Part shown: positions 34,158 to 44,453 of the stretch, piece after piece
Position numbering within the stretch: the first letter of the stretch is position 1
How the letters are laid out: every line of letters begins with the position of its first letter
DNA from: Candidatus Zixiibacteriota bacterium
GTDB lineage: Bacteria > RBG-13-66-14 > B26-G2 > WVWN01
Assembly (NCBI GenBank): GCA_011773985.1
Contig: WVWN01000003.1
Coordinates: 2,898 to 59,688 of the forward strand
Length of the DNA stretch: 56,791 nt
Direction: 5' to 3'
Translations under genes and position numbers: made by a program
The notes under the pieces: model-generated
Seen by the model: the letters and a program-made list of their open reading frames with translations, nothing else
The model's database searches: none
What the model was told of the DNA's origin: nothing

Positions 34158-36164
34158 TTACCGGTAGTCGCGGTCGTAATCGTCTTCCGTGTAGTCGGGC
34201 GGCTCGCCGTCGTATTCCAGAACCGCGACGCCCGAAGCGGTGCCGAAGGCGACGCGCGCCGTCGGGCCGCCCGTACGAAGGAGGACGAGTGACCTGCAAT
34301 ATTCGTCGCCCAGGCCGTAGCGCGCGTAGTAGCGGCGAACGTCCCCCGTTTCCAAATTGAGGACGTTGACACCGACCCCGCGGATTGACAACCACAACCA
34401 CGGCGGCGCGGCAGCCGCGGCCCAGATGTCGGTGTGGCTCAGGCCGTCGCCCCAACTTATGTTCCTCTCGAAATTCAGGTCGGCGTCCAGTACGTCGACG
34501 CCCTTGTCGAAGGTCCCCACGTAGACGTGGCCCTCGTCCGCGGCGAGCGAATAGAGGATGTCCGAGGATATCCCCTCGCCGGCGCTTAACGCGCGAATTA
34601 CTCTATCGGGGGGGTCGACGTACGCTAAGCCGCCGCCGAGGGTGGCGACTACAAGCCCGCCTCGCCAGGGGAGTAGCGCTCTTACCGGATACGGAAGGAA
34701 ATCCTCCCCCTCGTCGTAACTACGCTCCACTAAGACCATTTTATAAATGGTGAGGAAGCTCGCGGTCGTGCCGAGAAAGTACCGGTCCTTGATTTTCGCG
34801 GCACACGTCCCTTCGCGGAGGCCGGGGCGAACACGCAGATCGAAAACCTTCCGTTCGCCCTCCCCTTCGGGAAGCGAGGCGAGGCCGGCGCGAGTCGTTA
34901 CGATTAACCCGCCGTCGTAGAAGTAGAGGCCGCGTACGTCGTTCCAACCGCCGGGCAGGTTAAATTTTTCTACGGCTAGGTCGCCTTCGTCAATCGCGGC
35001 CAAGCCGTTCGGCGTGGCCGCCCATATTTTACCTTCGCCGTACGATACGGCGTAAACACCCCCCGGCGGAAGGCCCTTGGCGACGGGTAAGGGCCTAATC
35101 TCCCCCGTAGTAGGCTCGAGCGTGCATGCGCCGTTCTCCGTCCCTACGACTACGGCTTCGCCCCAGCTCGCGAGTGCCGTGCAACGACTAGACGGCAATC
35201 CGTCCGCGACGCCTACGCGCCAGATGGCCGATTTCTTTTTCGCCGCGTCTTTCAACTTTCTCCAAGCCGCCCCCGTGCCCGCGGCGAATTTGAAGGGCCG
35301 GTCGTCGGCGCACCTGACGAACAACCCTTCCGCGGTAGCGTAGAACTCCAGGCCGGCGAAGGCGAGCACGTCGCGGGTATCCGCGCGGCCGAGGGGCCCC
35401 GGCGCCCGCGTCGTCTCCTCGCCTTCGTATTCGAAGGTACCCTCGTCGGTCGCTATGGTCAATTTTCCCGGGCGAGACAGAACGCGCCGCACGGCGCCCG
35501 CGGCAGGCAATTCTACGGGAACCTCGCGCCAGCCTTCCGCGCCTCGAGCCGAGGCAAACAGCCGGCCCCGGCCGCCCCAATAAATGGAACCCTCCGCAAG
35601 CGTTATCGAGTACAGGTCGTCGAGCACGACGCCATCTGGCGTGACGAAGACCTTCCAGCCGTCCTCCACCTGGGGGCTAAGGCGCGCGGGCGGCCCCATT
35701 TCCGCGGGAATGGCCTCGAAAACATTCACCGTCGTACGCTTGTCGTAGCGCCGGGCCCCCTCGAGGGTCGCAACGTAGACGTACTCGGCGTCGACGGCTA
35801 TGTCGGTGCAGTCGTTGCGGGCGAAGCCCCACATCCTTACGGTTTTTTGGGACGCGCCGCCGGCGCGGGGAAGGGTGGCGAGGCCGTTGCGGGAGGCGAA
35901 ATAAAAGTTATCTATATCCGCGCCAATGGCGGTAACGTAGTTGTGAATTAGGGCCTCAGCCGCGGTGATATAGGCGGCCCGGCCGGTCCGAGGCGCGTAG
36001 CGCGCTACGCCGCCGCCGAGGTAACTTAGCCAGATGACGTCGCCGTCTACTAGGACGTCGGATACGTGAGCTCGGCTTACGACGTTGCGCCAGTTCGCCG
36101 CCCCCGCCGGCGGAGCGGCCGCGAGCGCGGCGCAGAGTAAGGCACATAAGGGGTAGCCCCTCAT
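34158..36164 (-). CDS. Secreted multi-propeller protein (two-component-regulator-propeller type repeats)
   Basis: Signal peptide; repeats GLPS/GLSH/GISS..V..I...W.GT..G. Confidence 0.75.
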   Translation of the reverse strand: MRGYPLCALLCAALAAAPPAGAANWRNVVSRAHVSDVLVDGDVIWLSYLGGGVARYAPRTGRAAYITAAEALIHNYVTAIGADIDNFYFASRNGLATLPRAGGASQKTVRMWGFARNDCTDIAVDAEYVYVATLEGARRYDKRTTVNVFEAIPAEMGPPARLSPQVEDGWKVFVTPDGVVLDDLYSITLAEGSIYWGGRGRLFASARGAEGWREVPVELPAAGAVRRVLSRPGKLTIATDEGTFEYEGEETTRAPGPLGRADTRDVLAFAGLEFYATAEGLFVRCADDRPFKFAAGTGAAWRKLKDAAKKKSAIWRVGVADGLPSSRCTALASWGEAVVVGTENGACTLEPTTGEIRPLPVAKGLPPGGVYAVSYGEGKIWAATPNGLAAIDEGDLAVEKFNLPGGWNDVRGLYFYDGGLIVTTRAGLASLPEGEGERKVFDLRVRPGLREGTCAAKIKDRYFLGTTASFLTIYKMVLVERSYDEGEDFLPYPVRALLPWRGGLVVATLGGGLAYVDPPDRVIRALSAGEGISSDILYSLAADEGHVYVGTFDKGVDVLDADLNFERNISWGDGLSHTDIWAAAAAPPWLWLSIRGVGVNVLNLETGDVRRYYARYGLGDEYCRSLVLLRTGGPTARVAFGTASGVAVLEYDGEPPDYTEDDYDRDYR

Positions 36165-36874
36165 AACCCGGCGGCCGGCCGCGCGTCGCGTATGGGCGGA
36201 ATATGTTTACAGACGTACGCCAGCGGCTCGACGCTCACGAGCGACGACACGCCGGGCCACGGGTCGTTAGCGTATTCCACGAACCACGCCGGCTTTCCCT
36301 GGGTCTCCACCGCGACGTTTATCTCGAAGTGCAGGTGGGCCGGCGTTTCGCGGGCGCTGCCCGTAGCGCCTACCGCCGCTATGACGTCGCCCGCGCGGAC
36401 TCGCTGCCCTTTCGCGCAGTGAACCGCGGACATGTGAAGGTAGTACGTGTAAACCCCCCGGCCGTGGTAGAGGGCGACTTTGCCGCCGGGGCCCCTTTTG
36501 GGGGTGAAGGTAGCCACGGTTACGACGCCGTCCGCCGCGGCCAGGACCGGCGTGCCCTCGGGCGCGAAGATGTCGGTCCCCATGTGGTTCCGGCGCCACC
36601 GGTTCCGGAAATCGGTAAGGCCCGTCTTTTCGGTATATTCAATAGAATGAAACCGCGCGCCCGCGACCGGGAAGACGAAGGATATGCCGCGGAACGCGTC
36701 GCGCGTGGGCAGCATCCGGCCCGGGGGCGTATCGGGGAGGACCAGTTTGCCGTCCGCCGGGTCGACGTATCCCGTTAGCCAACCGTCGCGCGGCACCGCG
36801 CCCTCGAGCGTTTTGCCCCTCGCGCCGCCGAGCGTAACCGATAACGCGAGCGCAACCGTCGCGCCGTAACGCAT
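36161..36874 (-). CDS. M23 family metallopeptidase
   Basis: HMGTD, GTPVLAAADG, YLHM, HLHFE. Confidence 0.93.
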   Translation of the reverse strand: MRYGATVALALSVTLGGARGKTLEGAVPRDGWLTGYVDPADGKLVLPDTPPGRMLPTRDAFRGISFVFPVAGARFHSIEYTEKTGLTDFRNRWRRNHMGTDIFAPEGTPVLAAADGVVTVATFTPKRGPGGKVALYHGRGVYTYYLHMSAVHCAKGQRVRAGDVIAAVGATGSARETPAHLHFEINVAVETQGKPAWFVEYANDPWPGVSSLVSVEPLAYVCKHIPPIRDARPAAGL

Positions 36875-36893
36875 CAGATAGGGCCGCCCTGAT

Positions 36894-37298
36894 TTACCGC
36901 GTGAGATCCGTCGCTATTTTCCACTCGCCGCCCTGGTTGACCAGCGTGTGAGTATGTTTCACGCCGCCGAGCTCGTACGTTACCTCGGCCGTAAGGAGTT
37001 TGCTCTCCAGGTTGGTGATCTCCTCTTTGCCGTAAGGCTCGCGGCTGGCCTCGAGGCTTTTTAGGAAAAGATTACGGATCTCGTGCTCCGATAGCCCCTC
37101 TACGCCCACGGCGGTCTTAGAAAGCGCCGTATCGGCGTAACAATCCAACGCCGCCTCGAGGTCGCCCTTCTTCATGGCTTCCGCGAAGACCTCTACCGTG
37201 TCCTCGGGCGTGGCGTAGGGGTTCTCCGCGGGTTCCTTCGTACAACCCGCGAATATGAAAACGAGCGCGAGGCCCGCGGCCAAAAAGCATTTGCGCAT
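36894..37298 (-). CDS. Lipoprotein (DUF4878/NTF2-like)
   Basis: Lipobox FAGC; TPEDTVEVF..A...GD; GEWKI terminus. Confidence 0.8.
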   Translation of the reverse strand: MRKCFLAAGLALVFIFAGCTKEPAENPYATPEDTVEVFAEAMKKGDLEAALDCYADTALSKTAVGVEGLSEHEIRNLFLKSLEASREPYGKEEITNLESKLLTAEVTYELGGVKHTHTLVNQGGEWKIATDLTR

Positions 37299-37328
37299 AT
37301 CGTCAACCTCCCGAAGCTCAAGTGTTGT

Positions 37329-38123
37329 TTAGTTTTTTTTATCGCGTGCGATCGCCGCGTACGCGTCGTGCTGGTGTATCGATTCGTAGTTGGTGCACTC
37401 CACCCGGTACGAGCGGACGCGCTTGTCGCCCTCGAGCTTTTCCGCGACGTTGCGAACGACGTCCTCGACGAAGCGAGGCCGCCCGTACGCGAGCTCCGTT
37501 ACGGCCTTCTCGTCCTCGCGCTTCAGCAACGCGAACAGCGGCGCCGACGCGGCCTCCTCCGCCCACGCCACCACTTCCTCGATCCAGACGATATGCCGCG
37601 ACTCGAGCTCCACGTAGACGTCGCCCCGCTGGTTATGGGCGCCGGCGTCGGCGATGTCCTTGGAGCAGGGGCACAGGTTGGCCACCGGGATGGTGACGCC
37701 GAGCGAGAATTTATATTTGTCCACCAGGTCGCCGATGAAGCGCGCGCGCACCTCCAGAAACGACTTCTCGCCCGAGGCCGGCGCGGCCTTGTCTATAAAA
37801 TAAGGAAAGCTTATCGTGATGTGGGCCCGGGCGCCGTCGAAGCGGCTTACCATCTCTTTGAGGATGTAGGCCATCGTGCGGTAGTTGACGTTGTCGCGGT
37901 AGCCGTAGAGAATCTCGACGAAGCGGCTCATATGCGTGCCCCGGAACTGCGCCGGCAGGTCGACGAGCATGTCGACGGTGGCGATGGTGTCCTGGTGGCC
38001 GCGGTCGCGGTCCAGCACGCGCACCGGCAACCGCACGCCCTTGACGCCGACGCGGTCTATGGGTATCTGGGTTGCGGGCCGCTCGTTGGCGACGTCGTTC
38101 AAGAGCCTTTTTTTGCGGGCCAT
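37329..38123 (-). CDS. folE2: GTP cyclohydrolase IB
   Basis: IDRVGV, GTHMSRF, LCPCSK, AHNQR, FVEDVVR, ESIHQHDAYA. Confidence 0.97.
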   Translation of the reverse strand: MARKKRLLNDVANERPATQIPIDRVGVKGVRLPVRVLDRDRGHQDTIATVDMLVDLPAQFRGTHMSRFVEILYGYRDNVNYRTMAYILKEMVSRFDGARAHITISFPYFIDKAAPASGEKSFLEVRARFIGDLVDKYKFSLGVTIPVANLCPCSKDIADAGAHNQRGDVYVELESRHIVWIEEVVAWAEEAASAPLFALLKREDEKAVTELAYGRPRFVEDVVRNVAEKLEGDKRVRSYRVECTNYESIHQHDAYAAIARDKKN

Positions 38124-38205
38124 CGTTAAATCCTATTTCCGCTCCGGCGTTAGCCGCCTTAGCGTCTCGAGCCAGACCTCGTCGGCGCGATTCGTCATTC
38201 GCAAA

Positions 38206-39741
38206 TTACTCCCACTCCACCGTGGCGGGGGGCTTGGAGGTTATGTCGTAGACGACGCGGTTGACGCCGGCCACCTCGTTCGTGATGCGGCTCGAGATTT
38301 CGGCCATGAGCTTGTGGCACATCCGGTACCAGTCCGCGGTCATGAAGTCCGCCGTCGTCACGCAGCGCAGCGCGCACACGTGCTCGTACGTCCGCTCGTC
38401 TCCCATCACGCCCACCGTCTTCACCGGCAAAAGCACCGCGATCGCCTGCGCAATCTCGTCGTAGACGCCGGCCCGCGTTATCTCCTCGCGCAATATGGCG
38501 TCCGCCCGCCGCAGCATCGCGAGCTTCTCGGGGGTCACCTCGCCGACGCACCGGACCGCGAGGCCCGGCCCCGGAAACGGGTGCCGCCCCACGATCTTCT
38601 CCGGCAGGCCCAGCTCGCGCCCCACCGCGCGGACCTCGTCCTTGAAGAGCTCCGCCAGCGGCTCAATTAATTCGAAGGGGACCTCCTCGGGCAGGCCGCC
38701 GACGTTGTGGTGCGTCTTGATGATATCGGACGGCCCCTTGACCGACCGCGACTCGATGCGGTCCGGGTAGAGGGTCCCCTGGGCCAAAAATTTCACGCCG
38801 CCGACCTTCTCGGCCTCGGCGCCGAATACGTCGATGAAGGTGTGGCCTATGATGCGACGCTTCTCTTCCGGGTCCGTCACGCCTTTAAGTTTATTTAAAA
38901 ATAGCTCGGCGGCCGGCACGACCGTAAGCGGGACCCTAAGCTCGCCCTCGAAGACGCGCTCTACCTCGTCGACTTCGGCCTCGCGCATAAGGCCGGTGTC
39001 TACGAAGATGGCGTGGACGCGGTCGCCGACGGCGCGGTGCAGAAGCGTCGCCAGCACGCTCGAGTCCACGCCGCCCGACAGCGCCAGCACGACGTGCTCG
39101 CCGCCGACGCGTTCGCGGAGCTCCCCAACCTTCTCGGCCACGAACGACGCCGGCGTCCAGGAGGCTTCCAGGCCGGCGACTTTGAACAGAAAGTTGGCGA
39201 GGATGCTCGAGCCGTATTCGGTGTGCGTGACCTCGGGATGGAACTGGAGGCCGTAGATGCGGCGGTCGTCGTCGCCGACGGCGGCGTAGGCCGAGTTGTC
39301 GGAGGCGGCCAGCGCGCGGAAGCCGGCGGGCGGGACGTCGACGCGGTCGCCGTGGCTCATCCAGACTTCGAATTTTTTTGGAACGCCTTCGAATAGGGGT
39401 TTGGATGATTTTACGTTTAACGTGGCCGGGCCGTACTCGCGGGCCGCGGCGCGGGCGACTTCGCCGCCGAGCGTGGCCGTTATGTATTGCAGGCCGTAGC
39501 AGATGCCGAGGACCGGGACGCCGAGGTCGAAGACGGCCGGGTCGGCGCGGGGCGCGTCGTCGGCGTATATCGAGGCCGGCCCGCCCGAGAGGATGACGGC
39601 GCCGACCTCCTGCGCCGCGAGGGCCTTCGCGTTGACGTAGTACGGTTCGATGGCGGCGAAGACGCGCTGTTCGCGCACCTTGCGCGCGATGAGCTGCGTA
39701 TACTGGCTGCCGAAGTCGAGGACTGCTACTTGAAGGCGCAT
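38206..39741 (-). CDS. guaA: GMP synthase
   Basis: DFGSQYTQLIAR, GICYG, QFHPE, SGGVDS, HPFPGPGL, KPPATVEWE. Confidence 0.98.
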   Translation of the reverse strand: MRLQVAVLDFGSQYTQLIARKVREQRVFAAIEPYYVNAKALAAQEVGAVILSGGPASIYADDAPRADPAVFDLGVPVLGICYGLQYITATLGGEVARAAAREYGPATLNVKSSKPLFEGVPKKFEVWMSHGDRVDVPPAGFRALAASDNSAYAAVGDDDRRIYGLQFHPEVTHTEYGSSILANFLFKVAGLEASWTPASFVAEKVGELRERVGGEHVVLALSGGVDSSVLATLLHRAVGDRVHAIFVDTGLMREAEVDEVERVFEGELRVPLTVVPAAELFLNKLKGVTDPEEKRRIIGHTFIDVFGAEAEKVGGVKFLAQGTLYPDRIESRSVKGPSDIIKTHHNVGGLPEEVPFELIEPLAELFKDEVRAVGRELGLPEKIVGRHPFPGPGLAVRCVGEVTPEKLAMLRRADAILREEITRAGVYDEIAQAIAVLLPVKTVGVMGDERTYEHVCALRCVTTADFMTADWYRMCHKLMAEISSRITNEVAGVNRVVYDITSKPPATVEWE

Positions 39742-39802
39742 TTAAACTCCGGCGACGTCGCGGTCCTTAGGGTACCCGACGTCGTAGTGGAAGGTTACCT
39801 TT

Positions 39803-40213
39803 TTATCTCGCACCGGTTTTACCGAAGGCCAGGCCGACCAGAGCGCCGCCGCCGGTAAACCAGACCAACGACTCGAGGAGCCAGGCCCACGACGCGGCCG
39901 GCGGAATATTCACCCTGATGGCGACGGCGACCGTCGCCGCGAACGCGACGCCGACCCAGACGGCCAAACCGAACAGGAAACCGCGCGCGGCGCCGGCGCC
40001 GGGCACGCAACGGCCGAATATCCAATACATAAGTGCGAATAATAGGCCAGCGCCGATCGACAGCAGGGCCATATGGGTCGTCTGGGCCGGGTACGCTCGA
40101 TAAATATTTTCTACGTAGGCGACGCCGAAGATGACGTCGTGGAAGAGCAAGCCGACCGCTATTTTAAGTATTCCCGCGAGGACGCCGCCGATGATCCACC
40201 TCAAGGACTTCAC
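39803..40213 (-). CDS. Four-TM hypothetical membrane protein
   Basis: Hydrophobic ORF in operon context, SD GGAGG. Confidence 0.75.
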   Translation of the reverse strand: MKSLRWIIGGVLAGILKIAVGLLFHDVIFGVAYVENIYRAYPAQTTHMALLSIGAGLLFALMYWIFGRCVPGAGAARGFLFGLAVWVGVAFAATVAVAIRVNIPPAASWAWLLESLVWFTGGGALVGLAFGKTGAR

Positions 40214-40235
40214 GCCTCTGCCTCCTTCGTCACGG

Positions 40236-41063
40236 TCAATCGTTTGCGTCGTCGGCCTTCTCCACCACGCTGCCCGCCCGGTAGCCGTCGAGGTCGAGGG
40301 CCACGAATTTGAAGCCTAGTTCGTGAAGTTTGGCCGTAACGCGCGCCCTTGCTGCCGCTTGGGCCGCGCGGGGTATCTCTTTCGCGTCGAGTTCGATTCG
40401 CGCGCACGGCCCGTAGTAACGGCAGCGTATCTGGTGAAAACCCAAGTCGGCCAGCGTTTGTTCCGCCTCCTCGACGATTTTCAATTTTTCGGTTGTTATC
40501 ACTTCGCCGGTCGGGAAGCGGGAGGCCAGGCACGCCGATTGCGGCCGGTCGAAGTTGGGCACGCCGTTGTCTCGCGCCAACGACCGGACCTCCTCTTTAG
40601 TTAGGTTTACTTCGGCCAAGGGCGATATTATTCCCAACTCGCGCGCGGCCCTCGCCCCCGGGCGATGGCCCTCGAGTTCGTCGGCGGTCGTGCCGTCGGC
40701 GACGGCGGCGATGCGCTCCTGTTCCGCCAGTTGTCTAAGTTCCGCGAAGAGTATTTTTTTACAATAATAACACCGGTCGGGCGGATTGGCGAGGAAGGTG
40801 GCGTCCTCGGTCTCGGACGAGTCGATGAATATTTGTTCCGCGGCGAGTATGCGGGCCGTGGCTTCCGCGTGTTCGGCCTCGCGGGCCGCGAACGCCGGGG
40901 ACCGCGCGGTCGCCGCCAGCACGCGGCCGGGGACCGCTTTTTGCGCGCTCGCGAGCAGAAACGTCGAGTCGGCGCCCCCGGAGAAGGCGACGAGGAGCGA
41001 AGGCAACTTCCCGAGGCGGGCCAGGAGTAGTTCGTATTTTCTTTCCGCGGGGGACTGCTTCAC
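40236..41063 (-). CDS. larE: ATP-dependent sulfur transferase LarE
   Basis: AFSGGADS PP-loop, RCYYCK, RPG, SPL, ACLASRFP. Confidence 0.95.
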   Translation of the reverse strand: MKQSPAERKYELLLARLGKLPSLLVAFSGGADSTFLLASAQKAVPGRVLAATARSPAFAAREAEHAEATARILAAEQIFIDSSETEDATFLANPPDRCYYCKKILFAELRQLAEQERIAAVADGTTADELEGHRPGARAARELGIISPLAEVNLTKEEVRSLARDNGVPNFDRPQSACLASRFPTGEVITTEKLKIVEEAEQTLADLGFHQIRCRYYGPCARIELDAKEIPRAAQAAARARVTAKLHELGFKFVALDLDGYRAGSVVEKADDAND

Positions 41064-42133
41064 GCCGCGACCTCGTCGATTACGCCGCCTCCGAGCAGGA
41101 CGTCGCCCTCGTAGAAAGCGGCGGATTGGCCGGGCGCTATCGCGCGCCGCGGCTCGTCGAAAGTTACGGCCCAGCGTCCTTCGCCCGTTCGGCGCAGCGT
41201 CGCGGCCGCGCCCCGGTCGCGGTATCGGACCGCTACCGTCGCCCGAATTTCGTCCGCGGCCGGCGGGGCCAACCAGTTTGCTCGGTCCACGTCGAACCGG
41301 CTCGAGGTCAAGGCCGGCCCCTCCGCGAGCACTACCGTGTTCGTCGACGCGTCTATTTTTTTGACGTACATGCGCGTGCCGCGAGCGACGCCCAGGCCGC
41401 GGCGCTGGCCTACGGTATAGCGCGTCAGGCCGGCGTGGCGCCCCAAAACGCGACCCTCTTCGTCGACGATGGGCCCGGCTCGGCCGCCTTCGCCCGCGGC
41501 CTTCTCGACGTAGTCGGCGTAGGGGCCGTCTTCGACGAAACAGACGTCCTGGCTCTCCGGTTTATCGAAGGCGACCGCCGTTACTTCGCCGAGAAGGGCC
41601 CTCACCTCCATTTTCCGGAGGGAACCGAGGGGGAACCGAATTTGGGCGAGACCTTCGCGCGGCGTCCCCCAAAGGAAGTACGACTGGTCCTTCGCGGCGT
41701 CGGCGGCGCGCCGGAGTATGAAAGACGAGCGCGCGTCGTCGTACTCGCGTATGACGTAGTGGCCTGTCGCGAGCGCGTCGAAGCCCATGGCCCGGGCCCG
41801 GCGCAGCAAGTATTCGAACTTGATAACGCTGTTGCAGCGGACGCACGGGTTGGGTGTCCGGCCGCGGGTGTATTCGGCGACGAAGTCGTCCACGACGGCC
41901 CGCCGGAATTCCTCCCGGTAATCGAAGACGTAGTGGGGGATGCCGATGCTCCTCGCCAAAGCCGCGGCCTCCTTTACTGCCGAAGGGGAGCAGCACGACC
42001 GTCCGGACCGTCGCTGCGAATCGTACAGGCGCAACGTCACGCCGACGGCGTCGTATCCCGCTCGCGCGAGTATTAACGCCGCCGCGGCGCTATCGACGCC
42101 GCCCGACATGGCTACTAATATCTTTGAGGCCAT
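41060..42133 (-). CDS. mnmA: tRNA 2-thiouridine synthase
   Basis: MSGGVDS, TPNPCVRCN, ATGHY, KDQSYFL, ESQDVCF, TVGQRRG, PGQSAAFY. Confidence 0.97.
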   Translation of the reverse strand: MASKILVAMSGGVDSAAAALILARAGYDAVGVTLRLYDSQRRSGRSCCSPSAVKEAAALARSIGIPHYVFDYREEFRRAVVDDFVAEYTRGRTPNPCVRCNSVIKFEYLLRRARAMGFDALATGHYVIREYDDARSSFILRRAADAAKDQSYFLWGTPREGLAQIRFPLGSLRKMEVRALLGEVTAVAFDKPESQDVCFVEDGPYADYVEKAAGEGGRAGPIVDEEGRVLGRHAGLTRYTVGQRRGLGVARGTRMYVKKIDASTNTVVLAEGPALTSSRFDVDRANWLAPPAADEIRATVAVRYRDRGAAATLRRTGEGRWAVTFDEPRRAIAPGQSAAFYEGDVLLGGGVIDEVAA

Positions 42134-42301
42134 AGCTGTTTACGTTCTTTCTAAAAAATATCACACGCTCAGGGCCAAGTCAACGGCGGGCGGATTCGTG
42201 GCGGCCTACCCTCCGCTCGGCCGCGCGCTTCGGCGTTTGCGTTAAAGAAATCCCCGGGCGGACCGGGGCTTGGCGGGCTCCGCGGTTTATAGATTTGAAA
42301 T

Positions 42302-43186
42302 CTAGTCGAAACGCCGGCGGTACTCTTCCAGCTTTTGAGCCGCGACCAGGGCGTCGACGTGCTCGTACGCTTTGGCCATACGGAGGAAAGCTCGCTTTGC
42401 GCCGGGGTCGAGTTTCGTGACCTCGCCGTAACGGCGGATGGCGGCGCCGTAGTCGCCCTTCAAGGCGGCTAAGGCCGCGAGGTCGAAGAGCGCGCGTTTG
42501 TTTTTAGGGTCGTAGGTTAAGGCTCGGACGAGCTCATCGGCGGCGAGGTCGTATTCGCCCCGCCGGTAGTGAATTTCGGCGCGGGCGCACCTCGCTTCGG
42601 CGACGTAGGGGAATACGTCCAGAAACTCGTTCACGTATAACTCGGCTTCGTCGCAACGGCCCGCCTCGAGGAGCGCTTCCGCGAGGTAGTAGGGTGCGGC
42701 ACTTTCGCCAGCGGCCATGGCCTTTTTGAATTTCTCTATCGCCGAGGGGAGTTCGTGCCTGGCGAATTGTATCTGTCCCTGAATCAAAAAGGAGCGCCCG
42801 GCGGCGTTTTCCGCTTCGGCCGTCAGTAGTTTTAGGGCTTTCTCGGGAGCGCCGCGCCTCGCCCAACCGCCCGCGAGAATTGTTACCGCTGGGGCCGGTA
42901 GCGCGCAGGCCGGTTCGCTCATGGCCTCCGCCAGGACGGTGACCGCGCGGCCCTCGTCGAGCGTTTCGAGGCAAACCGCGGCGCCGCTCCAGGCGGGCGC
43001 GGAGGTGGGATCGTCGACGAGCGCCCGTTCGTAAAGTTCGAGCGCCTCTTCGTGGGCCCCTTGCCAGCGACGCTCGTCCGCCGACAGTATGACGTCGTCG
43101 CCCGCGAGGTCCGCGGCGGCCAGGGCGACCGAGATAATCGGTGGGATTAAGAAGAAGCTGGCCTTTTTAAGGTTTTTTCCCGGCAC
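42302..43186 (-). CDS. Exported TPR protein (start uncertain; GTG 43186 chosen)
   Basis: Signal-like KKASFFLIPPIISVALAA; TPR repeats. Confidence 0.75.
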   Translation of the reverse strand: MPGKNLKKASFFLIPPIISVALAAADLAGDDVILSADERRWQGAHEEALELYERALVDDPTSAPAWSGAAVCLETLDEGRAVTVLAEAMSEPACALPAPAVTILAGGWARRGAPEKALKLLTAEAENAAGRSFLIQGQIQFARHELPSAIEKFKKAMAAGESAAPYYLAEALLEAGRCDEAELYVNEFLDVFPYVAEARCARAEIHYRRGEYDLAADELVRALTYDPKNKRALFDLAALAALKGDYGAAIRRYGEVTKLDPGAKRAFLRMAKAYEHVDALVAAQKLEEYRRRFD

Positions 43187-43847
43187 GTAAGGCGGCGATA
43201 TGGCTTCGGGCGAACTCGAGGTTCGGGCCCTCCGTCGCCACGTTAACAGTTTGCCCAAGGTAATCTTCCCATATAGATAGGGCTACGCGTTGGTCTATCT
43301 CTTCGTAGGCGAGCGCGAGCCAATATAGGACCGCCACGTCGTCGGGCACGAGGGCCCGCGCTTCCCGGTAGAACTTTATCGCTTGGACCGGCTTGTCGGC
43401 GTAATAATAAGACAGGCCGCAGTTGAAGTTCGCGTCCGCCAAGCCCGGGTCCAACAACAACGCCTCCTCGAAAGCCCCGGCCGCGCTAAGGTATAAGCCT
43501 TGTTTATTTAATATTACGCCTAAGTTGTAGTAGACTTCGGCCCGGTCCGGGTCGCACCGGGCGCACGTTTCGTATTCGCGGCGGGCTTCTTCGAGCCGGC
43601 CTGTCTCGCCGTAGCAGTAGCCCAAATAGAAATGAGGTACGAGGTCGTGCGCGCGGCCGCTGCACGTCGATTGCAAAATGGTTATGGCTTCCTCCTGCCG
43701 GCCCGCCTCTATCAACTTTTTAGCTGCGGCGACTTCGGCGGCTTCCGCACCTACGAGAGCGGCCGTCGCGCCTGCGAAGAGTACGGGCGCAGCGGCCGCG
43801 AGAACGACGGCCGCGCCCATTCGGAGATGAGAAAGAGCCCTGATCAT
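43167..43847 (-). CDS. Exported TPR protein
   Basis: Signal peptide; HFYLG, YYNLG, NFNCG TPR motifs. Confidence 0.88.
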   Translation of the reverse strand: MIRALSHLRMGAAVVLAAAAPVLFAGATAALVGAEAAEVAAAKKLIEAGRQEEAITILQSTCSGRAHDLVPHFYLGYCYGETGRLEEARREYETCARCDPDRAEVYYNLGVILNKQGLYLSAAGAFEEALLLDPGLADANFNCGLSYYYADKPVQAIKFYREARALVPDDVAVLYWLALAYEEIDQRVALSIWEDYLGQTVNVATEGPNLEFARSHIAALRAGKKP

Positions 43848-44443
43848 TTCGCGCTATCCGAGCCCCCGGCGCCGATGTTTTCGAGGGTGGCTAAGTATTC
43901 CTTGGCCCGTTCCACCCACTTGGCCTCTTCCGGCATCGATTCGGCGATGGTCAAATACCGGTCCCACGCGTCTATGGCTTCTACTACCTGGCCGCTCTCC
44001 GTCATGGCGTACGCACAATTGTAAAGCACGTCCGGCGCGTACGGATCTCCTTCCAGGGCTTTTCTGTAGTTGGCGACGGCTTCGACGTAATCGCCGCGGC
44101 GGTGGTATATCCGCCCCAGATTAAAATAAGCGTCATAGTATTCCGGTTCGATGGCAAGAGCTTTGCGATAAGCCTGGATGGCTTTATCAGGTTCGCCAAG
44201 ATCGCTGTAACATACGCCTATGTTGAACTGGGCAACGACGTTCTCGGGGTCCTTGGCGAGGCAACGTTCGAATTTTTCGATCGCCGCTTCGTAGTCTTCT
44301 CTCTTGTACTCGGCCTCTCCCTGTCTAAAGAACTCGTCAGCCTCTTTTTTTTGTTTTATTTTGTCTTCGGCGCCGTACGCCGAGGCCGCCAGCGCGAGGG
44401 CGGCCAACGAGAAAAACGCTATCTTAGCGAGGCGTTTAAACAT
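43844..44443 (-). CDS. Exported TPR protein
   Basis: Signal peptide ending AYG; AQFNIG, AYFNLG. Confidence 0.9.
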   Translation of the reverse strand: MFKRLAKIAFFSLAALALAASAYGAEDKIKQKKEADEFFRQGEAEYKREDYEAAIEKFERCLAKDPENVVAQFNIGVCYSDLGEPDKAIQAYRKALAIEPEYYDAYFNLGRIYHRRGDYVEAVANYRKALEGDPYAPDVLYNCAYAMTESGQVVEAIDAWDRYLTIAESMPEEAKWVERAKEYLATLENIGAGGSDSAK

Positions 44444-44453
44444 GGCCGTCGGC

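Noticed and set aside
34158-36164. PorZ of a type IX secretion system
   Set aside because: Only generic propeller repeats are visible; no T9SS CTD and no other diagnostic T9SS genes in the window
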